A model generated the notes under the pieces. The model was not told the origin of the DNA and made no database searches. It saw nothing but the letters and a program-made list of their open reading frames with translations. DNA of 64,000 nt from Octopus vulgaris (taxonomy: Eukaryota), in NCBI GenBank assembly GCA_951406725.2, contig OX597822.1:9920001-9984000 (forward strand), read 5' to 3'. Within the stretch, counting starts at the first letter, position 1. Each line of letters opens with the position of its first letter. The position numbers and the translations under genes are program-made. Positions 39,700-53,630 of the stretch are shown here, one piece after another.

Positions 39700-40150
39700 A
39701 GGAAAACAGTTTGAGCGAGTCCGAGCCAGTTGGGCGCACAGTGGAAAGAAAAGTGGTTTCCTGTATGCCTATCTAGTAGAATTACGGGAAAGACCAGGTC
39801 TGAAGAATACAGGCTATCAGAATAGCGATAGAAAAGACAGCACAACTGTTAGTCAGAGGCTAGTGCATGGCCCTTATTGAATTAATACTAGTCAGCAGAG
39901 TGGTCTTTCTCTTGATGCGGTCCAGAATATTTGTGTGCGTGTAAGCAGTACCGTTTCAGATATGAGTGCAGTACTTCATTGTGAACTTCATTTGCGTCTT
40001 GCAGAGTGTCAGCAGGTCTTTGGGCTGAAAATATTGATGCTCTGAAGACAAGTACTAATATTTGAAATGCGGCGCTATGTTAAGAATAGGTTTTCGGCTG
40101 AAGAAATCTTCACTGACAGTGAGGTCCAGCATTTGGAGCGACTGTGAGGG
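39700..40150 (-). pseudogene. CR1/L2-like LINE ORF2 C-terminal remnant
   Basis: Minus strand translates LLTLCKTQMKFTMKYCTHI*NG...ILDRIKRK, matching the L..LYK..IRP.MEYC..IW...LDRIQ.R pattern. Confidence 0.65.
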
Positions 40151-40404
40151 CAACGGCTAAGTGGCATATCACACACAAACATGCATGCATATATCCGTGT
40201 CTGTATATGTATAGCTGTATATATATATACACACAAAATATGGGGGTTTAGTTCACAAGTGATCTAATCGATTAGGTACGCTAGGTAAGTGGTGTAACAG
40301 ATTACTAGGGCACCAATGTTATAGCCGAGACCATAATTATGGAGCCATTGTCGATATCCGATACAGCGGATATATGATTGTTAATTATATATATATGTAT
40401 ATAT

Positions 40405-40442
<38 letters not shown>

Positions 40443-40528
40443 GTATGTATAATAAAATATTAAGGAATAAATCCAAACTTACAGGGAAAAATCAGATTTA
40501 GGATTGAATCAATTTTATAGTAAAATAT

Positions 40529-40899
<371 letters not shown>

Positions 40900-41181
40900 C
40901 GCATAGTCGAAGTGTATTCCCTTAAGAACTTATTAGAGTACAAAATAGAGCTCGTTCACCCTTAGAATTGCCAGATACCCAGCGGTATTATGGTATACTA
41001 TAAATTCTAGGCTTAGGCATTCCTCTAGCGTCTGCTAGATTCAAACGACCCAGTTGGATGTGATAGCATCGAAATCAAACGTTTACTTACAGAGGCAGCA
41101 ATTTCTTTGGCCGATCGATAAAATGGTGAAACAGGTCTGTTCATCCCAAATTCTTTGTAAACTCCTAAATATATCTCCTTC

Positions 41182-41245
<64 letters not shown>

Positions 41246-41565
41246 ACCAAAATATGACCTTTTTGAACGTTTAATTTTCTGTGTATATATATAGATACTT
41301 CCAAACAAACATGATTTTAATGAAATCCTAATATTTATAATGAACTTGTTAATATTTTCTCGAGATTTTTCCTTGTAAACTGTTTTAACATTTTCTTATT
41401 ATTGTCAAAGAATGTATATATGTATTGTAATATTTGGTGACAACCATTACTTAACACAACAAAGCTTTTACAAAGCTTTTACATTTTACTTTGACAATCT
41501 TTTTCTAAAAAAGTGAAGCTGATCAAGTGAATAAACATCTTTTAAAATTGCATTTTCAAACCTTT

Positions 41566-41651
<86 letters not shown>

Positions 41652-41660
41652 AGTAGGCTC

Positions 41661-41753
41661 CCTTTCTTTCCTGATGAGAAGATTGCATAATGCACCCTTT
41701 ATTCCTTTGGAATGAGAAAATGCTGTCTTCGAAACATGTGTCGAGAGTAAAGG
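41661..41753 (+). ncRNA. Intact type I hammerhead ribozyme motif
   Basis: CCUUU CUUUC CUGAUGA GAAGAU..GCAU ... AUGC..GUCUUC GAAA CAUGUG UC GAGAG u AAAGG. Confidence 0.85.
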
Positions 41754-42312
41754 AATTTTGTTAACGTCTTCGTTCGACTCTATTCTTTCATTTATTCATA
41801 TATATATATATATATATATATTTCTGTACACACACACACACACACATGTATATGTATATGCCTGTTTTTATTCCTGCCTCCACGTATTCTCGTTGATGTT
41901 ACAGAGTTGTCTCCATCCCGTATTATATACTTGATACAGCGATGGTTACTTATGCTGTTGTTGTTGTTGTTGTTGCTGTTGCTGTTGTTGTCGTTGCTGC
42001 TACCGCTAGCATTGTGTTTACTGTTATCAATCACGAAACCAGCCATCTCCCCTTATCCCTCATGCCGTTTTGTACTCCTAAGTTATTCTCTCTCTCTCTC
42101 TCTCCCTTTCTCTCTCTCTCCCCTTCTCTCTCTTTCTCCCCCCCATCTCTAAGTTTTTATCTGATCTCTTCCATGTTTCTTTTGTCATCCTCTCTCTCTC
42201 TCTCTCTTTTCTCATTCTCACTGTCTCACACACTTTTCATTTTAGTATTCTCTGTTTTCTTCTTTTATATATTTTCTTGCACATCGTCTTACTTTCTTTC
42301 ATAATTCATTCA

Positions 42313-42470
42313 TTCTTCTTCTTCTTCTTCTTCTTCTTCTTCTTCTTCTTCTTCTTCTTCTTCTTCCAATTCTTGTTCTTCTTGTTCTTCTTGTTCTTGT
42401 TCTTGTTCTTGTTCTTCTTCTTCTCCTCCACCTCCTCCTCCTCCTCCTCCTCCTCCTCCACCTCCTCCTT
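42313..42470. repeat. (TTC)n/(TCC)n tract
   Basis: Direct reading. Confidence 0.95.
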
Positions 42471-42548
42471 CCCATCCACATTTTTCTCCCCTTTTCTAAC
42501 GTTTACCCTCTTCTCTCTCTTCCCTTTCTGTCACTGACTCTGTCTTCC

Positions 42549-42604
<56 letters not shown>

Positions 42605-42946
42605 CTCTCTTTCTCTCTCTGGATTAGTGTCAAGAGCTAACATGGGAAGAAGGATTAAAACTTAATTGGAAAACAAAATATTCTAAGATCCACAACCGAC
42701 ACTACATCATTTTTGTAACAACCGTAAACAAACGCAACAACAACAGCAACAACAGCAACAATAACGGCAACAGCAACACCACCGCCACCACCACCAGCAA
42801 CAACAACAACGACAACAATAATGGCAGCGACAGTGATAACAGCAATAAGCATTACCATAATAATGATAATTATCATTATGACCATATCTGTACCAAAAAG
42901 CATAATTGCAACACAGCTCAACTATCATTGAGACTATGAGCCATAT

Positions 42947-42947
<1 letters not shown>

Positions 42948-42977
<30 letters not shown>

Positions 42978-43967
42978 AAGAAGAAGAAGAAGAAGAAGAA
43001 GAAGATGAAGAAGAAGAAAGTGAAGAAGAAGAAGATGAAGAAGAGGGTGAGGAAGGTGAAGAAAAAGAAGAAGAAGAAGAAGGTGAAGAAGAAGAAGAAG
43101 AAGAAGAAGACGAAGGTGAAGAAGAAGAAGAAGAAGAAGAAGAGGAAGGTGAAGAAGAAGAAGAAGACGGTGAAGAAGAAGAAGAAGAAAAAGAAGAAGA
43201 AGGTGAAGAAGAAGAAGGTGAAGAAGAAGAAGAAGAAGAAGAAGAAGGTGAAGAAGAAGAAGAAGAAGAAGGTGAAGAAGAAGAAGAAGAAAAAGAAGAA
43301 GAAGGTGAAGATGAAGAAGAAAAAGAAGAAGAAGAAGAAGAAGAAGAAGGTGAAGAAGAAGAAGAAGAAGAAGAAGAAGGTGAAGAAGAAGAAGGTGAAG
43401 AAGAAGAAGGTGAAGAAGAAGAAGAAGAAGGTGAAGAAGAAGAAGAAGAAGAAAAAGAAGAAGAAGGTGAAGATGAAGAAGAAAAAGAAGAAGAAGAAGA
43501 AGAAGAAGGTGAAGAAGAAGAAGAAGGTGAAGAAGAAGAAGAAGAAGAAGAAGAAGAAGGCGAAGAAGAAGACGAAGAAGAAGAAGAAGAAGGTGATGAA
43601 GAAGAAGAAGAAAAAGAAGAAGAAGAAGAAGGTGAAGATGAAGAAGAAAAAGAAGAAGAAGAAGAAGAAGGTGAAGATGAAGAAGAAGAAGAAGAAGAAG
43701 AAGAAGAAGGTGAAGAAGAAGAAGAAGAAGAAGAAGAATTGGAAGAAGGAGATGAAGAAGAAGAAGAAGAAGAAGAAGAAGAAGAAGAAGGTGAAGAAGA
43801 AGAAGAAGAAGAAGAAGAAGAAGAAGAAGAAGAAGAAGAAGAAGAAGGTGAAGGTGAAGAAGAAGAAGAAGAAGAAGACGAAGACGAAGACGAAGAAGAA
43901 GAAGAAGAAGAAGAAGAAGAAGAAGAAGAAGAAGAAGAAGAAGAAGAAGAAGAAGAAGAAGAAGAAG
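42948..43967. repeat. ~1-kb interrupted (GAA)n tract
   Basis: GAA units with in-phase GGT/GAT/GAC/AAA interruptions. Confidence 0.95.
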
Positions 43968-44191
43968 GAGAGCAACAACAACAGCAACAAAAAACAGCAG
44001 CAAGAAAAGACACCCCTATACCGAATTCTACCTCCACCCGAACTACCACTCCAGTGACCATCATCACAACAACAATAAACGCAACAGCAATAATAACTAT
44101 AGCAGCGTAAATAACAAGAATAATTATGACGGTCACATCAAAAGTAACCATAAAAGAAAAAGGACAAAAATCGCTACCAACACCATCGCTG

Positions 44192-44682
44192 TGTGGAGGC
44201 ACATGGCCTAGTGGTTAGAGCAGCGGACTCGCGGTCGAGTGATCGCGCGTTCGAATCTCAGACCAGGCGATGTGTGTGTTTATGAGCGAAACACCTAAAC
44301 TCCACGCGGCTTCGGCAGAAGGTAATGACGAATTTACTGTTCACTCTTTCGCCACAGCTTTCTCTCACTCTTTCCTCCTGCATCTTGGAGCTCCCCTGCG
44401 ACGGTCCGGCGTCCCATCAGGTGGGGAACCTATACACCAAGGAAACTGGGAAACCGGCCTTTATGAGCTTGGCATGATCCAAGAAGGAACATTGTGGAAG
44501 CACATGGCCTAGTGGTAAGAGCAGCGGTCTGGCAGTTGAGGGATCGCGGGTTCGAATCTTTTTCCTTCTGCATCTTGCAGCTCCCCTGCGACGGACCGGC
44601 GTCCCGTCAAGATGGGGAACCTATACGCCAAGGAAACCGGGAAAGCCGCCCTTATGAGCCAGGCATAGCTCGAGAAGGAACA
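44192..44682 (+). mobile_element. Two tandem tRNA-derived SINEs (family C)
   Basis: GCACATGGCCTAGTGGT..GAGCAGCGG...GTTCGAATC heads at 44199 and 44500; shared tail ending AGAAGGAAC. Confidence 0.85.
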
Positions 44683-44689
44683 AGCACCG

Positions 44690-45530
44690 TCGCTGCCACT
44701 ACTACTAGTGCCACCAGTACTACCACCACTACTATCACCAGTACTACTACCACGATCAGCGCCGCCATCATCATCACCAGTAACAGCAACATCAGCAACA
44801 CCATCAGTAACACCATCAACAAAAACATATTTATCATCAACACCATTATCAGCATCATCAAGATCAGTATCGACCACAGCCAATACAATCACCAATACTA
44901 CCAAACTACCAATAAAAGTACCAACTCCAAGAATACCCAGCTAGCACCGACGCTGTCAATACCATAATTAATAGCATCAACATCACTGCAACAAGCATCG
45001 CCACTATCACCACCATCACCATCACAATCACCAGCACCAGCAGCACCACCACCACCACCACCACCACCACTCCCAGTACCACCATCAACACCAGCACCAC
45101 CACCAGCACCACCACTACCACCATCATCACCACCACCACAACCACCAGCACCACCTCTTCCACTACCACCATCACTATCACCACCACCAGCACCATCACC
45201 ACCAGTAGCACCACCAACTGCACCACCACTACCACCATCACCACCACCACCACAACCAGCAGCAGCAGCAGCAGCAGCAGCACCAACAGCACTACCACCC
45301 ACAACTACCACCAGAACCACCACCATCTCCATCACCACCAGAACCATCTCCACTTTCACTACCACCAGCACTAGCAATACCACTACAACCACCACCACCA
45401 CCACCACCACCACCATCACCTTCAACAATGCCATCACCACTCACAAAACTGACAACAATGACGTCGTCAAAAATACCACCAAAAATATACCATTCGACCA
45501 CAAGGAGAAATGGCGGCAGCAACACCACTA
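44690..45530. repeat. (ACC/ATC/AGC)n low-complexity tract
   Basis: Direct reading. Confidence 0.9.
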
Positions 45531-45814
45531 GAACGAAATCCCCTCCAACACAACCACAACAAACACCGCAGCATCAGCATCAGCATCAGCATCGCTAGCG
45601 CAAAGAAACCCTTACTTAGAGACCAACATCACTGAATCCCCTCAATGTTGAGAAGGGTACTACTTAAACATACTTCAATAAACAATTTCTCTCATGCGAA
45701 GAGATGTCATTTTTATGATTAAGCTAGATTTCTTTCTCACTATATGGTAAGTATAGGCGGTGTTTTTGTTGGGACATGACTAATTTTAAGTGTACGGATA
45801 TACGGGCGCTATTG

Positions 45815-45845
<31 letters not shown>

Positions 45846-45911
45846 CGTGTGCGTCTGCAAAATTGCCATATGTATACATCTAAACTTCGTAGACATACAC
45901 AAATTTGAGCA

Positions 45912-46001
<90 letters not shown>

Positions 46002-46006
46002 ACTAT

Positions 46007-46070
<64 letters not shown>

Positions 46071-46134
46071 TGATTCTATGAACCGTAAAAATTAATACAG
46101 AGAGTTGCTTATTTGCAAAAAAAAAAGAAATATA

Positions 46135-46462
46135 ACATGTGACTTCATTGACCGAGGTTACCGTGGTCTTTTTCCGTAGGCTTTTCTTTCCACGGGTAAA
46201 CCTCACCTGTTCTCCCCTTTACACTTCATATTGACATTTCTGTGATAACGATCCCTATTAATCAATTTTTTGCTCTCCCCCACCTTTTTTTTCTTTTCTT
46301 TTTTTTTTATTAACCCCTCCCTTTTTTTTAGTCCTCTTTCTTTCCTTTTACGATCCCTTTTGATCGAAAACCACCACTCCCTTTTTTTTTACCCCCAAAA
46401 GAAAAGCTCTACCTTGTAATTTGTTCTATCTGTGTGCAGCCCTGTGTGGCTAATAAAGAAAC
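46135..46462 (+). mobile_element. Non-LTR retroelement 3' end followed by (TATC)n
   Basis: Homologous to 14880-15042. Confidence 0.7.
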
Positions 46463-46633
46463 ATATCTATCTATCTATCCATCCCCCACTCTTTCTATAT
46501 ATATACATATATATATATATATATTTAAATACATGCGCACGTATGTACCCGTGTGCGTGCGCGCGTGTGTATAAATATGTGTATATGAATATATCTATAT
46601 GTATATACATGCATATGGATATATATATTTATG

Positions 46634-47378
46634 TATATATATATATATATATATGGAACAAAAACGCAATCGAGGACATTAAAACATTCGGACAGATAGA
46701 CAACACAAAGACGGACAAGAGAAAGAACAATTAGAAGGACAGGCAAAAAGACGGGTTATTTTTGGCTTCTTTTCTTCAGTCAAGTTCCAGAAGTCACGAC
46801 CATTTCGGACAGTTACACTTGAGATGGTTCGATCTGGTTGTCTCACAAAAAGGCTAAGCTAAGAGCATTAGACCCCTTTGTAAGAAAGCTAGCGAATGTG
46901 CATGGCAACAAAGACAAAAAAAAAAAAAACGGAGAACATGGTACAGGATTTCGAATACAAACAAAAATAACAACAGGCGTCTTTCGACTGAGAACGAGTC
47001 AAGTTGAGCAGGCGTGTATGAAGTGAAAGCCTAAAGGCAGGAACATGGGAGATGGACACAAGACGTGTTGACGGTCGGCAGTCAGGCCAAGAATGATCAT
47101 GGCTAGCCGGACACCAGTCACATGGAAAGAGGATTATTGGGTAGGGGACAGCGGGATTGAAGGATTAGAAACAAATCAGAGACAAAGGGAACGATGCAAA
47201 GGAGATAAACGAGCGGGAAATAGTGGGAGTTAAAGAAAGAGGGCGAAGAAATGAGAGAGGGGGAGCGAGAGAAAGGAAGAAAAATGAGATGGGGAATAAA
47301 AGAAGATAGAGTAAGAGTCGTACAAAATTTAGATGCATACCTACTATAAGGTGAACACAAGGGTGTACCTACGCCGCT
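46634..47378 (-). mobile_element. PLE-type terminal fragment with permuted hammerhead
   Basis: 46634-46963 is the reverse complement of 50432-50745; flanked by (TA)n. Confidence 0.65.
46760..46864 (-). ncRNA. Permuted hammerhead candidate, copy C
   Basis: AGACA/UGUCC (one mismatch), CCAGA/UCUGG, ACCAU/AUGGU, AUC site, UCAAGU/ACUUGA, CUGAAGA. Confidence 0.65.
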
Positions 47379-48018
47379 ATATATATATATATATATATAT
47401 ATAAATGGAATAAAACGCAATAGAGGTTATTAAAAACGTTCAGACAGATAGATGACACAAAGGTGGAAAATTAAAAAAAAATAATTCATCAAGTGGTCAG
47501 CATATTAAAATACATTTTAAGGTGAAGATTATAAACAATTATATACAAGGGCAAAAAAAAAAATTCTATGCCAATATACTGATAAATAGACTTCAAATCG
47601 TCAACCGCCACATACAATATGCATCACTATAAATACACATCCTGTTGAATCGAGTTATCGCTGTATCGATTGATTTCAGGTTTAATCCAACGGATATTTT
47701 CTTCTGCAGAGAATACGATAAGAAATAATGAAATACTTACAAGCACCCATGGAAAAAAGCAGAAGCAAAGTCATGTGTACACATAAGTACCCAAAATATA
47801 TCTAAATATAAATTCCGTAGCAAACCTTAACACACGTGTAATCGGTAAAGAAGCATATATTTAGATATATATTCCTTCTTTATAAAGAATTAAAAAAAAA
47901 TAAAGAAGGAAACAAGTGGAGAGAATGACTCTCCCCAGACACAAGAGTATATGCTTCAACACACAAACTCACATAAAGAATCTTGCAATCTTATGTATAT
48001 ATATGTGTATGTGTGTAT

Positions 48019-48058
<40 letters not shown>

Positions 48059-48626
48059 ACACACACAAATATATATATATATGTATATACATATACATGC
48101 ACATATGCATGAACGTAGTTTCCGTCTACCCCCTCACAACCTTCGGTCGACTCGAGTCTATAGTAGAGCACATTTGCCCAAGGTGCCATGCAGTGGGACT
48201 GAACCTTGGACCCTGTGGCTGCTGAGCAAGCTTCTTACCACACAGCCACGTCTGCGGCTATATAGAATTATTTTGCATAGTATATTATTTCATGTATTTC
48301 CTACATGTGTTGATATATGTCACGTCACACGAATATATGTCTTCACATTCATTCTACATGTAGGAAAAATAAATAAACTGACGCTAAACGAGAGAAACGT
48401 TTAAAGGATTTTTTTTTTTGCGTTACACTCTGGTTCATTTAATATATGCATACACACAGGGACAAACTAACATACAAGTATACTAACACACACACACACA
48501 CACACACACATACACTCGCAAACACATCCCCACACAAACACACATGCACAACCCCCCACACACATACAAAGAAACACACAGACACACACACAAATGCATT
48601 TTTAAAATATATCACATATAAACTCT

Positions 48627-48706
<80 letters not shown>

Positions 48707-48737
48707 TTTAAATAAATGAATAAATATTTGCTTTTGA

Positions 48738-48774
<37 letters not shown>

Positions 48775-48957
48775 TATACATATACATATATACATACACA
48801 TATACATATATATATGTAGATATGTATATATATATATGTATAAATGTATATGCATGTGTATATACAAATATACATGTAGATAAGTATATATATACATATA
48901 TATATACATATATATATATATACACACACATACATGTATGCATGCATATATATGCAC

Positions 48958-49005
<48 letters not shown>

Positions 49006-49030
49006 AAGAAAGACGTTTTAGAATGCCTCG

Positions 49031-49071
<41 letters not shown>

Positions 49072-49459
49072 TATATATGTAAAAGCGCGTATTTATGCAT
49101 CTGTACGTATATGTGTGTGTAGACATACATGCACACACACACATACACACACACACACACTCATGCATACATGCATATATGGTACCATAAGACATTTGAG
49201 AAGCCGAAAATATTGCAGTAGTCTGAGAGTTGTTTAATAAGGTGATATGATATGATCCTTGGCCAAATTAAAAGCTAAATAAACAAAAACCTCTAAATTA
49301 CTTTAACATGTTGTTTTCAAATAAAAAAAAGATTAATCAAAAGATTTGAATTGGAAGTGTTGTGCCAAACCAATATAAATACACATAGAATTTCGCTAAA
49401 TTATGCACCCACCCACACACATAATATGTCGCCAATCAACTCCGCTCCAACAACACATA

Positions 49460-50101
49460 CTCTTTTACTCTTTTACTCTTTTACTTGTTTCAGTCATTTG
49501 ACTGCGGCCATGCTGGAGCACCGCCATTAGTCGAGCAAATCGACCCCGGGACTTATTCTTTGTAAGCCCAGTACTTATTCTATCGGTCTCTTTTGCCGAA
49601 CCGCTAAGTGACGGGAACGTAAACACACCGGCATCGGTGTTCAAGCAATGCTAGGGGGACAAACACAGACACACAAATACATACACACACACTTATATAT
49701 ATATATATACAATATTAATTAGAGACAAAATTTTATTTAATTTTATTTACTTTATATTAAATTTTTTTATGTATTGGATTAAGTCTTTCTTTGTTTGATT
49801 TGCAAAGTAGTGGTTTTGTCTCTCATTAATATTATATAATATTTTACTATAAAATTGGATTCAATCCTAAATCTGATTTTTCCCTGTAAATTTGGATTTA
49901 TTCCCTAATATTTATTATTATATATATACATATATACGACAGGCTTCTTTCAGTTTCCGTCTACCAAATCCACTCACAAGGCATTGGTTGGCCCGGGGCT
50001 ATAGCAGAAGACACTTGCCCAAGGTGCCACGTAGTGGGACTGAACGCGGAACCATGTGGCTGGTTAGCAAGCTATTTACCACACAGCCACTCCTGCGCCT
50101 A
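49460..50101 (-). mobile_element. SINE family A with an AT-rich PLE-type insertion (49710-49918) in its internal microsatellite
   Basis: Both SINE halves present; insert homologous to 40460-40600. Confidence 0.85.
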
Positions 50102-50431
50102 TGAAATATTTCAGCAAAACCATGGTGGTGCTCCAGCATGACCATGGCAGCATGGCTGAAATGAATAAAAAAAAACGAAAATCTAAATTTTACATGTTTC
50201 AGTCAATATACAGTGGCCATGCTGGGGCATCGCCTTGAATTTTTATTCGAAGGATTGAATCGATCTTGACTCTTCTTTTGCCCGAATCGCTTTTGCACGA
50301 ACCGCTAAGTTACAGGGAGGCGAACACACCAACACCCGTTGTCAAGCGGTGCTTGTAGGACAAACACAGGCACATGACTCACACACACACACACGCGTGC
50401 ACACACACACACACACATATATATATATACG

Positions 50432-50745
50432 TTGTTTGTATTCGTAGTTGTGTACCATGTTCTCCGTTTTTTTGTTTGTTTTTGTCTTTGTTGCCGTGCA
50501 CATTCGCTAGAATTCTTACAAAGGGGTCTAATGCTCTTAGCTTAGACTTTTTGGGGGACAACCAGATCGAACCATCTCAAGTGTAACTGTCCGAAATGGT
50601 CGTGACTTCTGGAACATGACTGAAGAAAGAAAGCCAAGAATGACCCGTCTTTTTGCCTGTCCTTCTATTCGTTGTTTCTCTTGTCCGTCTTTGTATCGTC
50701 TATCTGTTCGAATGTTTTAATGTCCTCGATTGCATTTTTGTTCCA
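50432..50745 (+). mobile_element. PLE-type terminal fragment with permuted hammerhead
   Basis: Same family as 46634-47378. Confidence 0.65.
50535..50639 (+). ncRNA. Permuted hammerhead candidate, copy B
   Basis: GGACA/UGUCC, CCAGA/UCUGG, ACCAU/AUGGU, AUC site at 50576, UCAAGU/ACAUGA, CUGAAGA at 50620. Confidence 0.7.
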
Positions 50746-52560
50746 TACACACACACACACAAATACATACATATATTTATATGTATATATATATATATTT
50801 GCATATATGGGTGTGTATATATACTTGTTTGCACTTATGTATATATGTATGCATGTATGTATATATATGCATGCATACAAATGTGTATGAATGAATGGGT
50901 AGATGGATGTGTGTTTGTGCATGCATGCATTTGTTAGATAATTTGACATTATTGTATGACCGTGGAATAAAATAGTTAGTCATAATGATGTTTGTTCTCG
51001 CTCTGTGGCATGTGAGCTCAAATCCAGTAATTCTTCCTCGCTTGAATAAATAGCGGAGCAGTCCAAGAAGTCACCAACAGTCTTTGCACTCCTTGAATAA
51101 AGTATTATTAATAAACGTATTCTAGTTTCCATTACGCTTAGTGGTAGCACAGACATACAGTACCATAGATTCACGAAGTTTGACATTCTAGAATTCACAC
51201 TTTTCATAACTTAATATTTCTTCACAAATTCTTAAATCTGAAATGAAGATCATTATGCAAACGAGGCAATCTCTATTAGTTTTCAATATCTCACTTCGAG
51301 TACTGAAAAAAATGAAGTGTGATTTGATGTTCCTTGTGAAGGCACTGTAGTGTTGTATTATGCGAACTTTATTGGATTCTATATTTTAAACCTTTTGATT
51401 ATCATATTTTCTACGTTTAAAACAAATAGTGGTTTTATTGTTTCGGGCAATATAAACACAGTCATGAGCTACAAAGATTTAAGAAAAGAAACTGCATAAA
51501 ATTATTTAATGGAAGAGATTTAAGAATTGTAGCTGGCACTGAGCTCGCCAAAGATAATTATTTGGGTATAGCCTTAAACTTAGGTACGAATTTATTCTAC
51601 ACATGCCGAAATCCTACAGAAAGATTGATATTTAAGCAAAAATTCGAATCTCATTCACTCTGTTGTGATACGAAATTTCATCCCCAAATTTGTTATCTTC
51701 ATATGAGGCCACATTCATTGGTGCTTCACAAAACTAGAGTGAACCAACTCGTTATAGAAATAAATTAGAAAACATAAAATGCTTAAATGCTCCCAGCCTG
51801 AAAATTAACAAAGAAAGATCATATAGCATAATCCAGTCTCCAGTTTAAATGTGCTGACCGACATTGCTGGCCAGAGAGAAGAGCAGCCACCACAACGCTA
51901 TAAAGAAGCGAAGAAGTTATCCTTAAATCACAGACCTAGCCAGGATGCTGGCAATAGGGTAAAATCTACTAAAAGAAATCATTTAAGCGAAAAGTTATTC
52001 ATATAATTTCAAGATATTGATGAATTAAATGCGCGATCAGAGATGTCAGGCCATGGTAGACTTAAATCGAAGTATATACTTAGCAATTATGTACTCCTAA
52101 GTAACTTACTCTGTGTGTTCTACGGATGGTTAACTATTAACTTTTATCACTTACAATTATTAAAAAAAAAAAATTGACTCCTAGATAACTCAAGTTATTT
52201 CTCTTGCAATGTTACATTTCTTTTGCGCACATATAAAGATCCAAATTTTACATTTGTGCAACACTACATAAGTATGGTTTTTATACACATTTAATTTTCT
52301 TCTATCCGACACATCATTTTGTATCATTTATATCTCTCATTCTAAGTGTCAAACGCTTCTCGCTTTTCAAACAACAGCTATATAGAATGTTTTCCCCGCA
52401 TCATCCAATCGGTGTCCGTTACGATATTTAAACATTTTGACTGCATGCCTGTTGTATATCAAATTTCCGCTTACAGCTTTTTTATAATCATCCAAACATC
52501 GCAAGTAACCATTTATAATTACGACTCATAGACTGTAGTACTTGCAATATCTTATATATA

Positions 52561-53630
52561 CGGGAGTGGACAAAATTATGAAAACATATAGCAAATAAGA
52601 TATTTAACTATTTTTATTTGCTATATGTGAAATTCAGAACTATTCTAGATTTGGCATGTGTGATCATATGCAATTTATGCCTTGTAGATCAGGTATAGCC
52701 TTCTGCTCTTGTTTAGCAGATATTTATATTTAAATAAGTTAAAATATGTGATCTATCTAATGACAACAAATTGTTGGAGCACGGATGACTGGAACATCAG
52801 TCATTAAAACTGCTTTTGATATTTCGTGAGGTGCAGTCTCTAAAATCTTGGTAGTATTCGAAAACCAATGTAAAACCACCTCTGGCAAGAATAATTCTAC
52901 ACCAAAGGTAAAACCCCTCAGAAAAGGATCGCAGAGTAATCAAATGTATTGTGTATAAAAATCCCATTGAACTACGCTACAAAAGCTTAACCATCACCTT
53001 GTTAAATTTCTTATCTCCCATCAATACTGATAACCAGAAAAAGAAAAAAAAATCTATATCTAAACTATTGGAAGTGTTCAATGGCTCAATGAAACAACAT
53101 TTGCTCTGATGAATCATCAATCATCTTTTACCACTTTGGGTCTATTTTATGTCTGGAGACAGACCAAAGAAACTTCCAGCTCTGATTCATTATCCCCCAT
53201 CGTGAACCATGGCTCTGTGATGACTAAGGCAGGAGTATCACGAAATTCTGTTGGCCTTTTTGTTAATACCAAAAACTGTTCCCTGATGGTAGTTCAATCT
53301 TCAGTGATGATAATCCACCAGTTCACACGGTTAATATTAAACAAAACTGGTGAGAAGTTAAGTAGACCATTTCGACTGGAACCCACAATCACAATCAAAT
53401 CTTGATATATTCGAAAAATTGCGGTGCATTTTTGGAGCAGCAAGTAGAAGCCACTATCGTCGCTGAAAGAGATAAACAGACCTTAGTTGAAGAAGGGCTC
53501 AAATTTCCCCCAACAGCCGTTCAGAACGAGCACGTATTAATTCCTCGACGCATTAAAGCAGTGATTAATGCCAAATGTGGAACAACTTTGAATTAAACTT
53601 CCATTCTACAAGGTCTTCCCATTATTTTGG
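52561..53630 (+). mobile_element. Decayed Tc1-like element
   Basis: TA-CGGGAGTGGACAAAATTATG terminus; remnants SDESS, VNHGSVM, DDNPPVHT, IPRRIKAVINAKCGTT. Confidence 0.75.

Noticed and set aside
42707-44202. Long ORFs (poly-K, poly-F, poly-L, poly-S, poly-E)
   Set aside because: Open on both strands only because (GAA)n lacks stop codons; no domain or splice evidence
44195-44275. tRNA-like sequence
   Set aside because: A/B boxes run into a repeat body and the unit is tandemly duplicated; SINE head, no acceptor stem
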